Shown here: one piece after another, positions 56,901 through 64,000 of the stretch
Layout of the letters: every line of letters starts with the position of its first letter
Numbering within the stretch: the stretch's first letter is position 1
From: Minisyncoccota bacterium
GTDB lineage: Bacteria > Patescibacteriota > Minisyncoccia > Phycocordibacterales > UBA9973
Direction of reading: 5' to 3'
NCBI GenBank assembly: GCA_041662525.1
Contig: JBAZSF010000004.1
Location: 1,190-65,189 of the forward strand
DNA length: 64,000 nt
Notes under the pieces: generated by a model
What the model was told of the DNA's origin: nothing
The model's input: the letters and a program-made list of their open reading frames with translations, nothing else
Database searches by the model: none
Program-made: the position numbers and the translations under genes

Positions 56901-57923
56901 CATGTCGGGAACATACTCAACACTCACACCTTTCGGATAAGATGTAGTTTCACCCGCCGGAGTAGTCCATTGATGAGGAGTTCCATCACTTATCCATGGA
57001 ACAAATCCTCCATGAAGGTGCAATGTTGCCCTATTTTCTTTGTACTCTTCTTTCATTCCAGGCATTCCCGGCATATCCAATGGACCCATACCGGCACCCA
57101 TTACTGATTTATCAACTGGCAAAAAAAGTTCTCCACCTGCTCCAGTTGGAAGTTTATTTGTAAATTTAATTCTTACAGCACGATCACGATTAGAAAGAAT
57201 TAGCGGACCAAGATAATGAATCGGATCCGGCGCAATCGTATTCTGGCTGTTGCCATCAGTACCTGAATTTACCTGTACATAACCGCGTAATTTTGTTGCC
57301 GGAAGATCGGAATGCATCTTTTCCGTATATTCCCTTAATTCAATTTCATAATAATCAGCTCCCGGATAAGTAATTGTATCCGGATGCGCTACTGGGATAT
57401 ATTGTCCAAGATTGTTGGCATTAGTTGAACCTAATCCTGGCAAAGAATCCACGAATTTTTTTATTCCTCCAGTTAATGTCGAGTATCCACTCCCACCATT
57501 GGTGATTGTAATTTCAGTAATGACACCGGCAGTTGTTGAAGCTGTTGCATTTGCTCCGGTTCCAGTAAGACTTGTGATTGCAACTATTGGAGAAATATAA
57601 TTTGTTCCTCCGTTAATAATTGATATTGCGGTAACAGCCCCATTAGTAATTGTTGCTGTTGCGATAGCTCCTGTAGCTCCGCTTGTTGTGTTTGAGTCTG
57701 TGATTGTTACAACAGTCGGTTCACCGACTGGCATAGGACTATTTGCCCAGTTTGGATAAGGACCAAAATAATGTGGAATCTCTCCGGTGTTGGGAATCGT
57801 CATCGCCATAGCAACTGTCGATTTTGCATATTTGATATTTTCAATCGGCAAAGCAACAAAAGAAAAAATAAAAGACAAAATTATAAAAATATTTCCTAAA
57901 TTTCTTAAATAATTATTTTTCAT
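54000..57923 (-). CDS. Large secreted multicopper oxidase with FN3 and C-terminal GWNL repeats
   Basis: All four Cu motifs: HLH, YHDH, HTIHTH and HCHLLAHEEMDMM; FN3 (APSNL..WNDNS..YYYRV); two GWNL repeats. Confidence 0.92.
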   Translation of the reverse strand: MKNNYLRNLGNIFIILSFIFSFVALPIENIKYAKSTVAMAMTIPNTGEIPHYFGPYPNWANSPMPVGEPTVVTITDSNTTSGATGAIATATITNGAVTAISIINGGTNYISPIVAITSLTGTGANATASTTAGVITEITITNGGSGYSTLTGGIKKFVDSLPGLGSTNANNLGQYIPVAHPDTITYPGADYYEIELREYTEKMHSDLPATKLRGYVQVNSGTDGNSQNTIAPDPIHYLGPLILSNRDRAVRIKFTNKLPTGAGGELFLPVDKSVMGAGMGPLDMPGMPGMKEEYKENRATLHLHGGFVPWISDGTPHQWTTPAGETTSYPKGVSVEYVPDMWFVNGSVVADTVGQITAPTPGATNNPGDGSLTFYYNNQQSARLMFYHDHSFGITRLNVYAGEAAGYLITDQVEQDLINGTNDSGVNPGLVKVLPDIGIPLIIQDRTFIDTSTLAMQDPTWDSAVPGVPQDGDLWYPHVYMPNQNPADPSGMNAFGRWHYGPWFWPPTTGVTQGPLPNPYYDPVGAPWEPAQMPGTPNESMAMEAFMDTPIVNGTVYPYMNVDPKAYRFRILNAADDRFLNLQFYVADPTIITPDGRTNTEIKMVPAVSTPGFPEDWPKDGREGGVPDPTTAGPTFIQIGTEGGFLPAPVVLPNQPVDWNMDPTNFDMGLVNKGTLILGTAERADVIVDFSQYAGKTIILYNDAPAAFPAADARYDYHTGDPDLTDIGGAPTTQAGYGPNIRTVMQIRVAPTTPATAYNLGALEAVFAKGPGTKRGVFEVSQDEVIIPQTAYNSAYNSNITTDNYASIHDASKTFNTLAGDNVTIPFQTKAIQDEQGEAFDSEYGRMSGFLGLELPASQVNRQLLILSGFASPPVEIVKGSVYGTPIGSLDDGTQIWKITHNGVDTHTIHTHLFNAQLINRVAWDGAIRPPDANELGWKETFRVNPLQDTIVAFRAFAPTQPFPVPNSVRLIDPTLPEGAPLMLPPGGLKDPNGNNVTVNNHYVNYGWEYVYHCHLLAHEEMDMMHAVLFATPPEAPSNLTANFASNAVQLNWNDNSLSETGFTIQKATNSGFTSGLITYTSPVNATAYLDNSIQPGQTYYYRVFANNVVGDTQIYADPSIGFPTATANSTYSNTANVTAGDLPPGSYMLSLNDGWNLVTLPATPLDAQGTPMTLTAENFGQTVGATVVVKWDSLTQKYSSHIVGFPLNNFNLTIGDGFFVNVPAASPFVFQGSPAQATYNPITGWNLLGWVSAISTTAETFGASLAGTDVVTKWDSAIQQYSSHIIGFPLNDFIINQGDGIFIHRP

Positions 57924-57983
57924 ATATCTCTATATTAATTATTAATAATCGATTACTTTTTAGTATTAAAAAACTTACAAACT

Positions 57984-58050
57984 TAATAATAGTCAAACGA
58001 TAATAGCTGAAGTTAAATTTGACATTAAAGATTTTAAGGGCATTTTGATT
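57984..58050 (-). promoter_or_regulatory. Conserved upstream element shared with 62625..62706
   Basis: TAATAAT..TCAAACgATAATAGcT.AAGTTAAATTT.A.ATTAA...AAGGgCATTTTGATT. Confidence 0.6.
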
Positions 58051-58109
58051 TTTTAAAAAAATATTATTATTTCTGAGCAAAAAAAAGGGGGGGGGAGTCC
58101 TTGCTTAAA

Positions 58110-58147
58110 ATAACAAAAAACCGGAAGACTAGTCCGGTTTTTGTTAT
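58110..58147 (-). terminator. Intrinsic terminator
   Basis: ATAACAAAAAACCGGA..TCCGGTTTTTGTTAT stem. Confidence 0.75.
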
Positions 58148-58179
58148 AACGTTTTTTTATAATTAAGACAGTTAATAAT

Positions 58180-60591
58180 TTATCTATTAAGTGCCGCGCG
58201 AGTGAGAGGTCCTACGATCCCATCGCCAATTAATCCATTCACTATTTGGAATTTAATGAGAGCCCCACCGGTTATTCTTCCAAATTTTCCATCAACCACT
58301 AGTGGACCATATTTGGTGTTGTTTAAGAACTTCTGAAGTTCCATAACTTCGTTTCCTATTGAGCCATTCCTAAGGAAAAGAGTAAAGAAGAATCTTTCAT
58401 CTCCGAGCACTTGACTTGTTCCAGTATTTCCAACACAAGATTGACCAGTAGTTACACTAAATCCAGTTGTTCTATTGCCACATCCAGGAATTGGTCCAGT
58501 ATTCCCAACACAAGATTGACCAGTAGTTACACTAAATCCAGTTGTTCTATCGCCACATCCAGGAATTGGTCCTCCTGTTCCAGTATTTCCAACACAAGAT
58601 TGACCAGTAGTTACACTAAATCCAGTTGCCCTATTGTCACATCCTGCAATTGGTCCTGTTGAAGCACCTAATACTTGGCCAATAAGGGGTCTTATAAAAC
58701 TACCGCCACCGCCTCCTCCACTAGATTGAGGCACTGCTGTCACCGTCACCAAAGTCGTTCCAGTCACTGCTCCACTAGTTGCGGTAACTGTGGTAGTTCC
58801 TACTGCGACTGCAGTAAACATTCCAGTGGTAGCATTAATCGTTCCGACTGCTAGATTAGAACTTGTCCAAGTGACAGTCGCTACAAATGGTGCTCCGTTT
58901 TGATCCAAAGTGGTAGCGGTCATTTGCTGAGTGTTTCCTACTACTACGGATGGGTTAGCTGGGTTAACAGTGATAGAAGTTAAAACTGGAACAGCCGTCA
59001 CCGTCACCAAAGTCGTTCCAGTCACTGCTCCACTAGTTGCGGTAACTGTGGTAGTTCCTACTGCGACTGCAGTAAACATTCCAGTGGTAGCATTAATCGT
59101 TCCGACTGCTGGATTGGAGCTTGTCCAAGAAACAGTGGCTGCGATTGGTGCTCCGTTTTGATCTAAAGTAGTTGCTGTCATTTGCTGAGTATTCCCAACC
59201 GTGACAGAAGGAGTAGTGGGGGTGACGTTGATGGTGGTGAGGACGGGGGTTGGGGCTGCCGTTACCGTCACTGACGTACCACCTAAAATTGGTACTTCTG
59301 TTACACCATTAGAATCAAAAGCGAATGTGCCAGAAAATGTACTTACTCCCGAAGCTGTTCCTGGGATAGCAAGTGTGTATTGTCTTGTACCTGAAGCAGC
59401 TCCAGTTAATTCAAGCCATCGAATGTGTCCACCAGCGATGGTTCCTGTACCAGAGAGGTCTGTGGCGACCCAACCAGCAGGGAATATTTCATCGATGAGA
59501 ACAGTTCCGTTTGCATCGGCTGGATCAACAGCAGAAGTCAAAGTTACGGTGATGACTGTTCCGGCAGTTGGAGTAGCATTACTGAAACTGCGGGTGACGG
59601 TGGAATTTACCACCACTGGTGCTGTCACTGTCACCAAAGTAGTCCCTGTCACTGCGCCACTTGTAGCGGTGATAGTCGTGGTTCCTACTGCGACTGCAGT
59701 AAACATTCCAGTGGTAGCATTAATCGTTCCGACTGCTGGATTGGAGCTTGTCCAAGAAACAGTGGCTGCGATTGGTGCTCCGTTTTGATCTAAAGTAGTT
59801 GCGGTCATTTGCTGAGTATTCCCAACCGTGACAGAAGGAGTAGCGGGGGTGACGTTGATGGTGGTGAGGACGGGGGTTGCTGTCACTGTAATTACTGAAA
59901 TATTACTGGTCACTGCCCCTGAGGTCGCTGTAATATTTGTTGTACCAACAGAAACCGCAGTCACTAAACCAGTCGCACTAACTGTGGCTACTGCGGGATT
60001 GGATGAGTTCCAAGTCATCACAGGTTGAGGGGACATTGCTACCGCATTTTGATCTAAAGCAGAAGCACTTAATTGAGAAGTGCCTGCGACTACCAAACTA
60101 GCTGTTGTTGGAGTTAAGTTTATTGAAGTAAGTACTGGCGTAACAATTACTGCTGTCACTGTCACCGATGTATCACCAAGAATTGGTACTTCCGTTGCAC
60201 CATTAGAGTTAAAAGCGAATGTGCCAGAAAATGTACTTACTCCCGAAGCTGTTCCTGGGATAGCAAGTGTGTATTGTCTTGTACCTGAAGCAGCTCCAGT
60301 TAATTCAAGCCATCGAATGTGTCCACCAGCGATGGTTCCTGTACCAGAGAGGTCTGTGGCGACCCAACCAGCAGGGAATATTTCATCGATGAGAACAGTT
60401 CCGTTTGCATCGGCTGGATCAACAGCAGAAGTCAAAGTTACGGTGATGACTGTTCCGGCAGTTGGAGTAGCATTACTGAAACTGCGGGTGACGGTGGAGG
60501 CGTCAGCGGCCTGAGCACCAATTCCCACAAAGAAAGCAATTACTGCCACTACCATTCCTATTTTTTTAATTATTGATTTTAAGTATTTCAT
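58180..60591 (-). CDS. Secreted scaffold-like protein: two cohesin-like modules, four Big_2, three Cys repeats, C-terminal peptidoglycan-binding domain
   Basis: Signal peptide; duplicated STVTRSFS..IDEIFPAGW..FSGTFAF module; VSWTSSNPAVGTI repeats; LRNGSIGNEVMELQKFL..DGKFG..FQ..GL..DGIVGPLT. Confidence 0.82.
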   Translation of the reverse strand: MKYLKSIIKKIGMVVAVIAFFVGIGAQAADASTVTRSFSNATPTAGTVITVTLTSAVDPADANGTVLIDEIFPAGWVATDLSGTGTIAGGHIRWLELTGAASGTRQYTLAIPGTASGVSTFSGTFAFNSNGATEVPILGDTSVTVTAVIVTPVLTSINLTPTTASLVVAGTSQLSASALDQNAVAMSPQPVMTWNSSNPAVATVSATGLVTAVSVGTTNITATSGAVTSNISVITVTATPVLTTINVTPATPSVTVGNTQQMTATTLDQNGAPIAATVSWTSSNPAVGTINATTGMFTAVAVGTTTITATSGAVTGTTLVTVTAPVVVNSTVTRSFSNATPTAGTVITVTLTSAVDPADANGTVLIDEIFPAGWVATDLSGTGTIAGGHIRWLELTGAASGTRQYTLAIPGTASGVSTFSGTFAFDSNGVTEVPILGGTSVTVTAAPTPVLTTINVTPTTPSVTVGNTQQMTATTLDQNGAPIAATVSWTSSNPAVGTINATTGMFTAVAVGTTTVTATSGAVTGTTLVTVTAVPVLTSITVNPANPSVVVGNTQQMTATTLDQNGAPFVATVTWTSSNLAVGTINATTGMFTAVAVGTTTVTATSGAVTGTTLVTVTAVPQSSGGGGGGSFIRPLIGQVLGASTGPIAGCDNRATGFSVTTGQSCVGNTGTGGPIPGCGDRTTGFSVTTGQSCVGNTGPIPGCGNRTTGFSVTTGQSCVGNTGTSQVLGDERFFFTLFLRNGSIGNEVMELQKFLNNTKYGPLVVDGKFGRITGGALIKFQIVNGLIGDGIVGPLTRAALNR
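58418..58657 (-). repeat. Three tandem coding repeats GPIxGCxxRxTGFSVTTGQSCVGNT
   Basis: Near-identical about 75-84-nt units. Confidence 0.85.
59317..60498 (-). repeat. 288-bp identical direct repeat (59317-59604 and 60211-60498)
   Basis: Line-by-line comparison showed no mismatch; offset 894 nt. Confidence 0.88.
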
Positions 60592-60636
60592 ATTTTTTAT
60601 TTTATTATTTTTAATTTTGATAATTTTTCGACACTT

Positions 60637-62598
60637 TTAACACCCTACTCCCACTTTCCAAAATCCTATGGCTTGAAGAATTAAGGAATTTAAAACATTA
60701 CCAAGTTTCCATTGACCTATGTAAGATAAAATTTCTACGTTGCCAATAATTCCATCGAGATTAGTGTCAGCTGCAGTTTGGCAAACTGCAGCAGTGGTAA
60801 CAGTAATTGCTGAAGTTCCCTCGACCGTAATTACTCCATCAATTGCAGTAGCTGTAATCGTGACAGTGCCAGGAGCGATCGCAGTAACTAATCCTGAACC
60901 ATCAACAGTGGCAATAGCATTATCACCTGAAGACCAATTTATTGTTGGTTGAGGAACTAAAGCATTTCCAAATTGATCCAAGGCTGATGCTGAAAGTTGT
61001 TGAGTTAATCCTGTATTTATCGAAGCAGTGGTTGGAGTGACATTTAACCCAGATAAAATAGTGACAGCGAGAGAATGATCGATCGTTGTGGAATTACTTC
61101 CATCAGTAGCTGTAATAGGGATATTAAATAATCCTGCTCTGTCCAAATTTGGTAGAATAAGCGACCAGGTACCGTCTGTTTCAGATCCAGCATTTCTAAT
61201 CATGTTTACTATGTTTGGAGTAGGAATTATTTGCCCACGAATTTCACCGTTTGAAAATAGAGTGGTGTGTATATTTACATAAGTTCTCCCAGCTAAAATT
61301 TCTGCTTCTATTTCTTCAGGATAATTCCAGGTTCCATTTGCTGGAAGTGTAGTTCCTAGATCAAAAGTAATTGCTGAATTTTGACCCAAAGCTCCGTTTG
61401 GAGGAACAACAGATCCATGAATATGCATTCCGGTGATTGATCCACCTTGCAAACCCGAAGCACTAATATTATAAGTTAATGTATTTGCATTTGTATCAAT
61501 AGTAAATGTTCCGGATCCTGTTGCTGTACTAGTGGTTGCAGGAACTTCTTGTGTTTTATTAAGAGTAGCAGTAAAGGTGTTGCTTAGTGCCCCCAAATCA
61601 GCGGTAACTCCAATCACCCTCAGATCATCAGTAACGTTTGCGCTTAAAACAACATTATTAGAACCAAGTGGTACAGAAGCAGGTGCAGTAGAAACTATGG
61701 TTGGAGCGATGGTGTCAACAACCGCGATACGTCCAGTAACAGTAAATAAATTTTCTTGAATGAAACCGGCACCAGCAAAACTTGTTGCGGGGCCCTCAAT
61801 TCTTATAAAGTTTTGTCCAACAGGGCTACCAGTAATAGCGTGCGGTATATTTGGATTACCAATATATCTTTTGGTTGGATTCTGAGCGTTGACCAAGAGA
61901 GGATCCGACAAAGCTGGATTTAGATTGAACGTGTCCCAAGTCAAGAACGGTCCGATACCACTGTTAAGAGTAAGAATAGGATCACAAATGGCTATACCTG
62001 GAACACCAGCACAACCGATATCAGACGAATCATTGATTTCTGGAGCTCCCGGATCTATTACGTCCACGACATAAGTTTTTGTACCGAAAGGATGTCTGAT
62101 GGTGTATGTTCCGGGCACATCTACATCGTATCTGTGTCTGATGCGACCAAAAATAGATTCACTACCCTCAACCGTTCCACCGAGATAAGCAACCTCTAAA
62201 GCTAAAATGGTCTTACTGACAGAGCCGGCAGGATTAACTGGGATAGCGTCAGCCGTCCAGTAGAATCCTTCGCCCGAAAATCCGAGTTCTGCGGAAAAAT
62301 CATTTCCACCCTGAATCGGCCCTGAGATACCGAAACCGTCGATGGCTTCCATGATCTCAATCGCAAGACCGTTCTGGTCCATAAACCATGCAGGTAAACT
62401 CTTACCAATACCTGCAGTTACAATAGGACCAGCCATTCCACCAGGCACGAATGCCGCTTGGGAGACGTTCGCGCTAAACAATAAAGCAAACACAAAAACA
62501 CCAGTCAAAAGAGATGCGCTATATTTATATTTAACCTTTTTATTCATTCTCGCTATTAATAAAACGTATAATAATTTTTGTATGATTGTTTTTTTCAT
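60637..62598 (-). CDS. Secreted protein: uncharacterised N-terminal domain, CHRD, Big_2 and C-terminal dockerin-like module
   Basis: PAWFMDQNGLAIE..FGRIR..HPFG domain; CHRD (QEVP, MHIHG, YVNIHT..GEIRGQI); DTNLDGIIGNVE tag. Confidence 0.8.
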   Translation of the reverse strand: MKKTIIQKLLYVLLIARMNKKVKYKYSASLLTGVFVFALLFSANVSQAAFVPGGMAGPIVTAGIGKSLPAWFMDQNGLAIEIMEAIDGFGISGPIQGGNDFSAELGFSGEGFYWTADAIPVNPAGSVSKTILALEVAYLGGTVEGSESIFGRIRHRYDVDVPGTYTIRHPFGTKTYVVDVIDPGAPEINDSSDIGCAGVPGIAICDPILTLNSGIGPFLTWDTFNLNPALSDPLLVNAQNPTKRYIGNPNIPHAITGSPVGQNFIRIEGPATSFAGAGFIQENLFTVTGRIAVVDTIAPTIVSTAPASVPLGSNNVVLSANVTDDLRVIGVTADLGALSNTFTATLNKTQEVPATTSTATGSGTFTIDTNANTLTYNISASGLQGGSITGMHIHGSVVPPNGALGQNSAITFDLGTTLPANGTWNYPEEIEAEILAGRTYVNIHTTLFSNGEIRGQIIPTPNIVNMIRNAGSETDGTWSLILPNLDRAGLFNIPITATDGSNSTTIDHSLAVTILSGLNVTPTTASINTGLTQQLSASALDQFGNALVPQPTINWSSGDNAIATVDGSGLVTAIAPGTVTITATAIDGVITVEGTSAITVTTAAVCQTAADTNLDGIIGNVEILSYIGQWKLGNVLNSLILQAIGFWKVGVGC

Positions 62599-62624
62599 AT
62601 TTTATTTAATATTTATAATATTAG

Positions 62625-62706
62625 TAATAATCAAACAATAATAGATAAAGTTAAATTTAATATTAACAATATAAAGGACATAAAAAACGTCAAGGACATT
62701 TTGATT
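62625..62706. promoter_or_regulatory. Conserved upstream element with AAGGACAT direct repeat
   Basis: Matches 57984..58050; AAGGACAT at 62674 and 62692. Confidence 0.6.
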
Positions 62707-62759
62707 AATCCTTCCTAAAGTATTACTATGTATAGTACTGATCGGATGTTTTTATTTAT

Positions 62760-64000
62760 ATGAAAAAATTTAACTTTTTTAAGGAATATAATAATATTTT
62801 TCCAATAACCTTGGTAGATTTATTAGTTACGATTATTTTTTTGTTTGTTTTATATTTAACTAGTTTTATTAGTTATGAGGTTTTTCATTCGTTATCAGAA
62901 TTCTTTAGTATAATAATTGCTTTTGGGATTTTTACTGTAGCTTGGAATGCTCGAAATTTTTTTGATAATCATTTTCTTTTCTTTTTGAGTATTGTATATG
63001 TTTTTATATCTTTGATTGATATTGCTCACACTTTGGCTTATAAGGGATTAAATTTATTTTATTCTTTTGATCCTACTTCTAATCTAGCCACTCAGCTTTG
63101 GGTGGCAGCCAGGTATCTACAGGCCTTATCTTTGCTTTTTGCTCCTATTTTTTTAAGTAAAAAAATAAAAAATATCAGTTTAGTTTTTTTAGGTTATTTT
63201 TGGATTATTATTTTCATTTTTATTTTAATTTTTTATCTAAAAATTTTTCCAACTGCTTATGTCGAAGGAACAGGATTAACTTTGTTTAAGATATGGAGCG
63301 AATATATAATATCCTTGATTTTAGTTGCTGCGGGTTTCTTTCTTTATAAAAAAAGAAAAATTCTTGATACTAAAGTCTTTCTCCTCGTGCTATTTTCGAT
63401 TATTTTTACAATTGCTTCGGAATTGTCTTTTACGACGTATTTCGGTGTATATGATTTTTCAAATATGTTGGGGCATCTATTTAAAATAATATCTTTTTTG
63501 TTGTTGTATAAAACAATTATGGAAACCGGATTAAAGAATCCTCTTTCTTATATTTTCAGAAGTATGGAACAAAATGCAGAAATTCTAAGAGCTTCAGAGT
63601 CTAAATATCGCCTACAGGCAAAGATAGCAACAGAGGAATCTTTGGAAAGAAAAAGAATAGATAAAGAGTTGATTAAAAAAAATAAGACACTGGAAAAAGC
63701 GGTTGAAAATCTTAAGATATTTCAACTAGCAATGGATAATGCTTTTTCTCATATCATTATTACTGATGAAAATGGCTCTGTTGTCTATGCCAATAAAGCA
63801 GTGGAAGATATCACTGGTTTTAGCAAAGAAGAAATCATAGGTAAAAATCCATCCATTTGGGGAAAACAAATGCCTACTTCTTTTTACCAGAATTTATGGA
63901 AAACCATAAAAGAAGATAAAAAATCTTTTGTAGGGGAAATACTTAATAAAAGAAAGGACGGTAGTTTGTATCAGGCAGATGTGAGAGTTTCTCCTATATT
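62760..64000 (+). CDS. MASE3-PAS membrane sensor, probably a histidine kinase (3' truncated; not in ORF track)
   Basis: Manual translation: YEVFHSLSEFFSIIIAFGIFTVAWNAR..DIAHTLAYKG..NLATQLWVAARY (MASE3), then PAS (IIITDENG..YANKAVEDITGF..IGKNP..NKRKDG). Confidence 0.88.
   Translation, partial: MKKFNFFKEYNNIFPITLVDLLVTIIFLFVLYLTSFISYEVFHSLSEFFSIIIAFGIFTVAWNARNFFDNHFLFFLSIVYVFISLIDIAHTLAYKGLNLFYSFDPTSNLATQLWVAARYLQALSLLFAPIFLSKKIKNISLVFLGYFWIIIFIFILIFYLKIFPTAYVEGTGLTLFKIWSEYIISLILVAAGFFLYKKRKILDTKVFLLVLFSIIFTIASELSFTTYFGVYDFSNMLGHLFKIISFLLLYKTIMETGLKNPLSYIFRSMEQNAEILRASESKYRLQAKIATEESLERKRIDKELIKKNKTLEKAVENLKIFQLAMDNAFSHIIITDENGSVVYANKAVEDITGFSKEEIIGKNPSIWGKQMPTSFYQNLWKTIKEDKKSFVGEILNKRKDGSLYQADVRVSPI

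Noticed and set aside
57480-57700. NGGSGY repeats as phage tail or prophage evidence
   Set aside because: They lie inside the oxidase ORF, and no phage genes are present
58418-58657. Regular DNA repeats as a possible CRISPR array
   Set aside because: In-frame coding repeats without unique spacers; no cas genes in the window
59201-60514. Long + strand ORFs (195, 144 and 122 aa) in the surface-protein cluster
   Set aside because: Antisense shadows of Thr/Val/Ala-rich repeats; the same applies to the other short antisense ORFs in the track
1-64000. Alternative genetic code (TGA=Gly as in Gracilibacteria)
   Set aside because: Conserved genes are full-length under code 11 and TGA serves as a stop (for example 2452, 38191, 43044)

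Overview
AT-rich bacterial chromosome segment with the hallmarks of a Patescibacteria (CPR, Parcubacteria/Paceibacteria-like) genome, using genetic code 11. This assignment is inferred from gene content and style. Bases 1-52 kb are mostly housekeeping genes: a pentose-phosphate/lower-glycolysis cluster (gap, rpiB, rpe, split tkt, pfkB; hydroxyacid dehydrogenase-glycerate kinase-eno-ppsA), lepA, valS, tsaD, ftsAZ, lysS, the mraZ-rsmH-ftsL-ftsI-murF cluster, rmuC, obg and seven tRNAs. Three things stand out. (1) A 10.4-kb four-gene surface-protein cluster (52158-62598) looks like a cohesin-dockerin-type scaffold. It has a peptidoglycan-binding scaffold protein with two near-identical cohesin-like modules, two proteins ending in the same EF-hand dockerin-like tag, and a 1307-aa multicopper oxidase, next to a divergent MASE3-PAS sensor. 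(2) Several families of GC-rich palindromic elements occur between genes and also in-frame inside housekeeping genes (lepA, glycerate kinase, eno, valS, tsaD twice, rsmH, ftsL, murF). (3) Translation signals fall into two classes: many native genes look leaderless (TGnTAnnnT-N6-ATG), while six scattered orphan cassettes carry Shine-Dalgarno sites and their own terminators. These include a two-Cys DsrC, a BamE-like lipoprotein and a NUDIX-receiver fusion. No rRNA, CRISPR array, transposase, integrase or prophage was seen. All product calls come from motif recognition by eye, not database searches.
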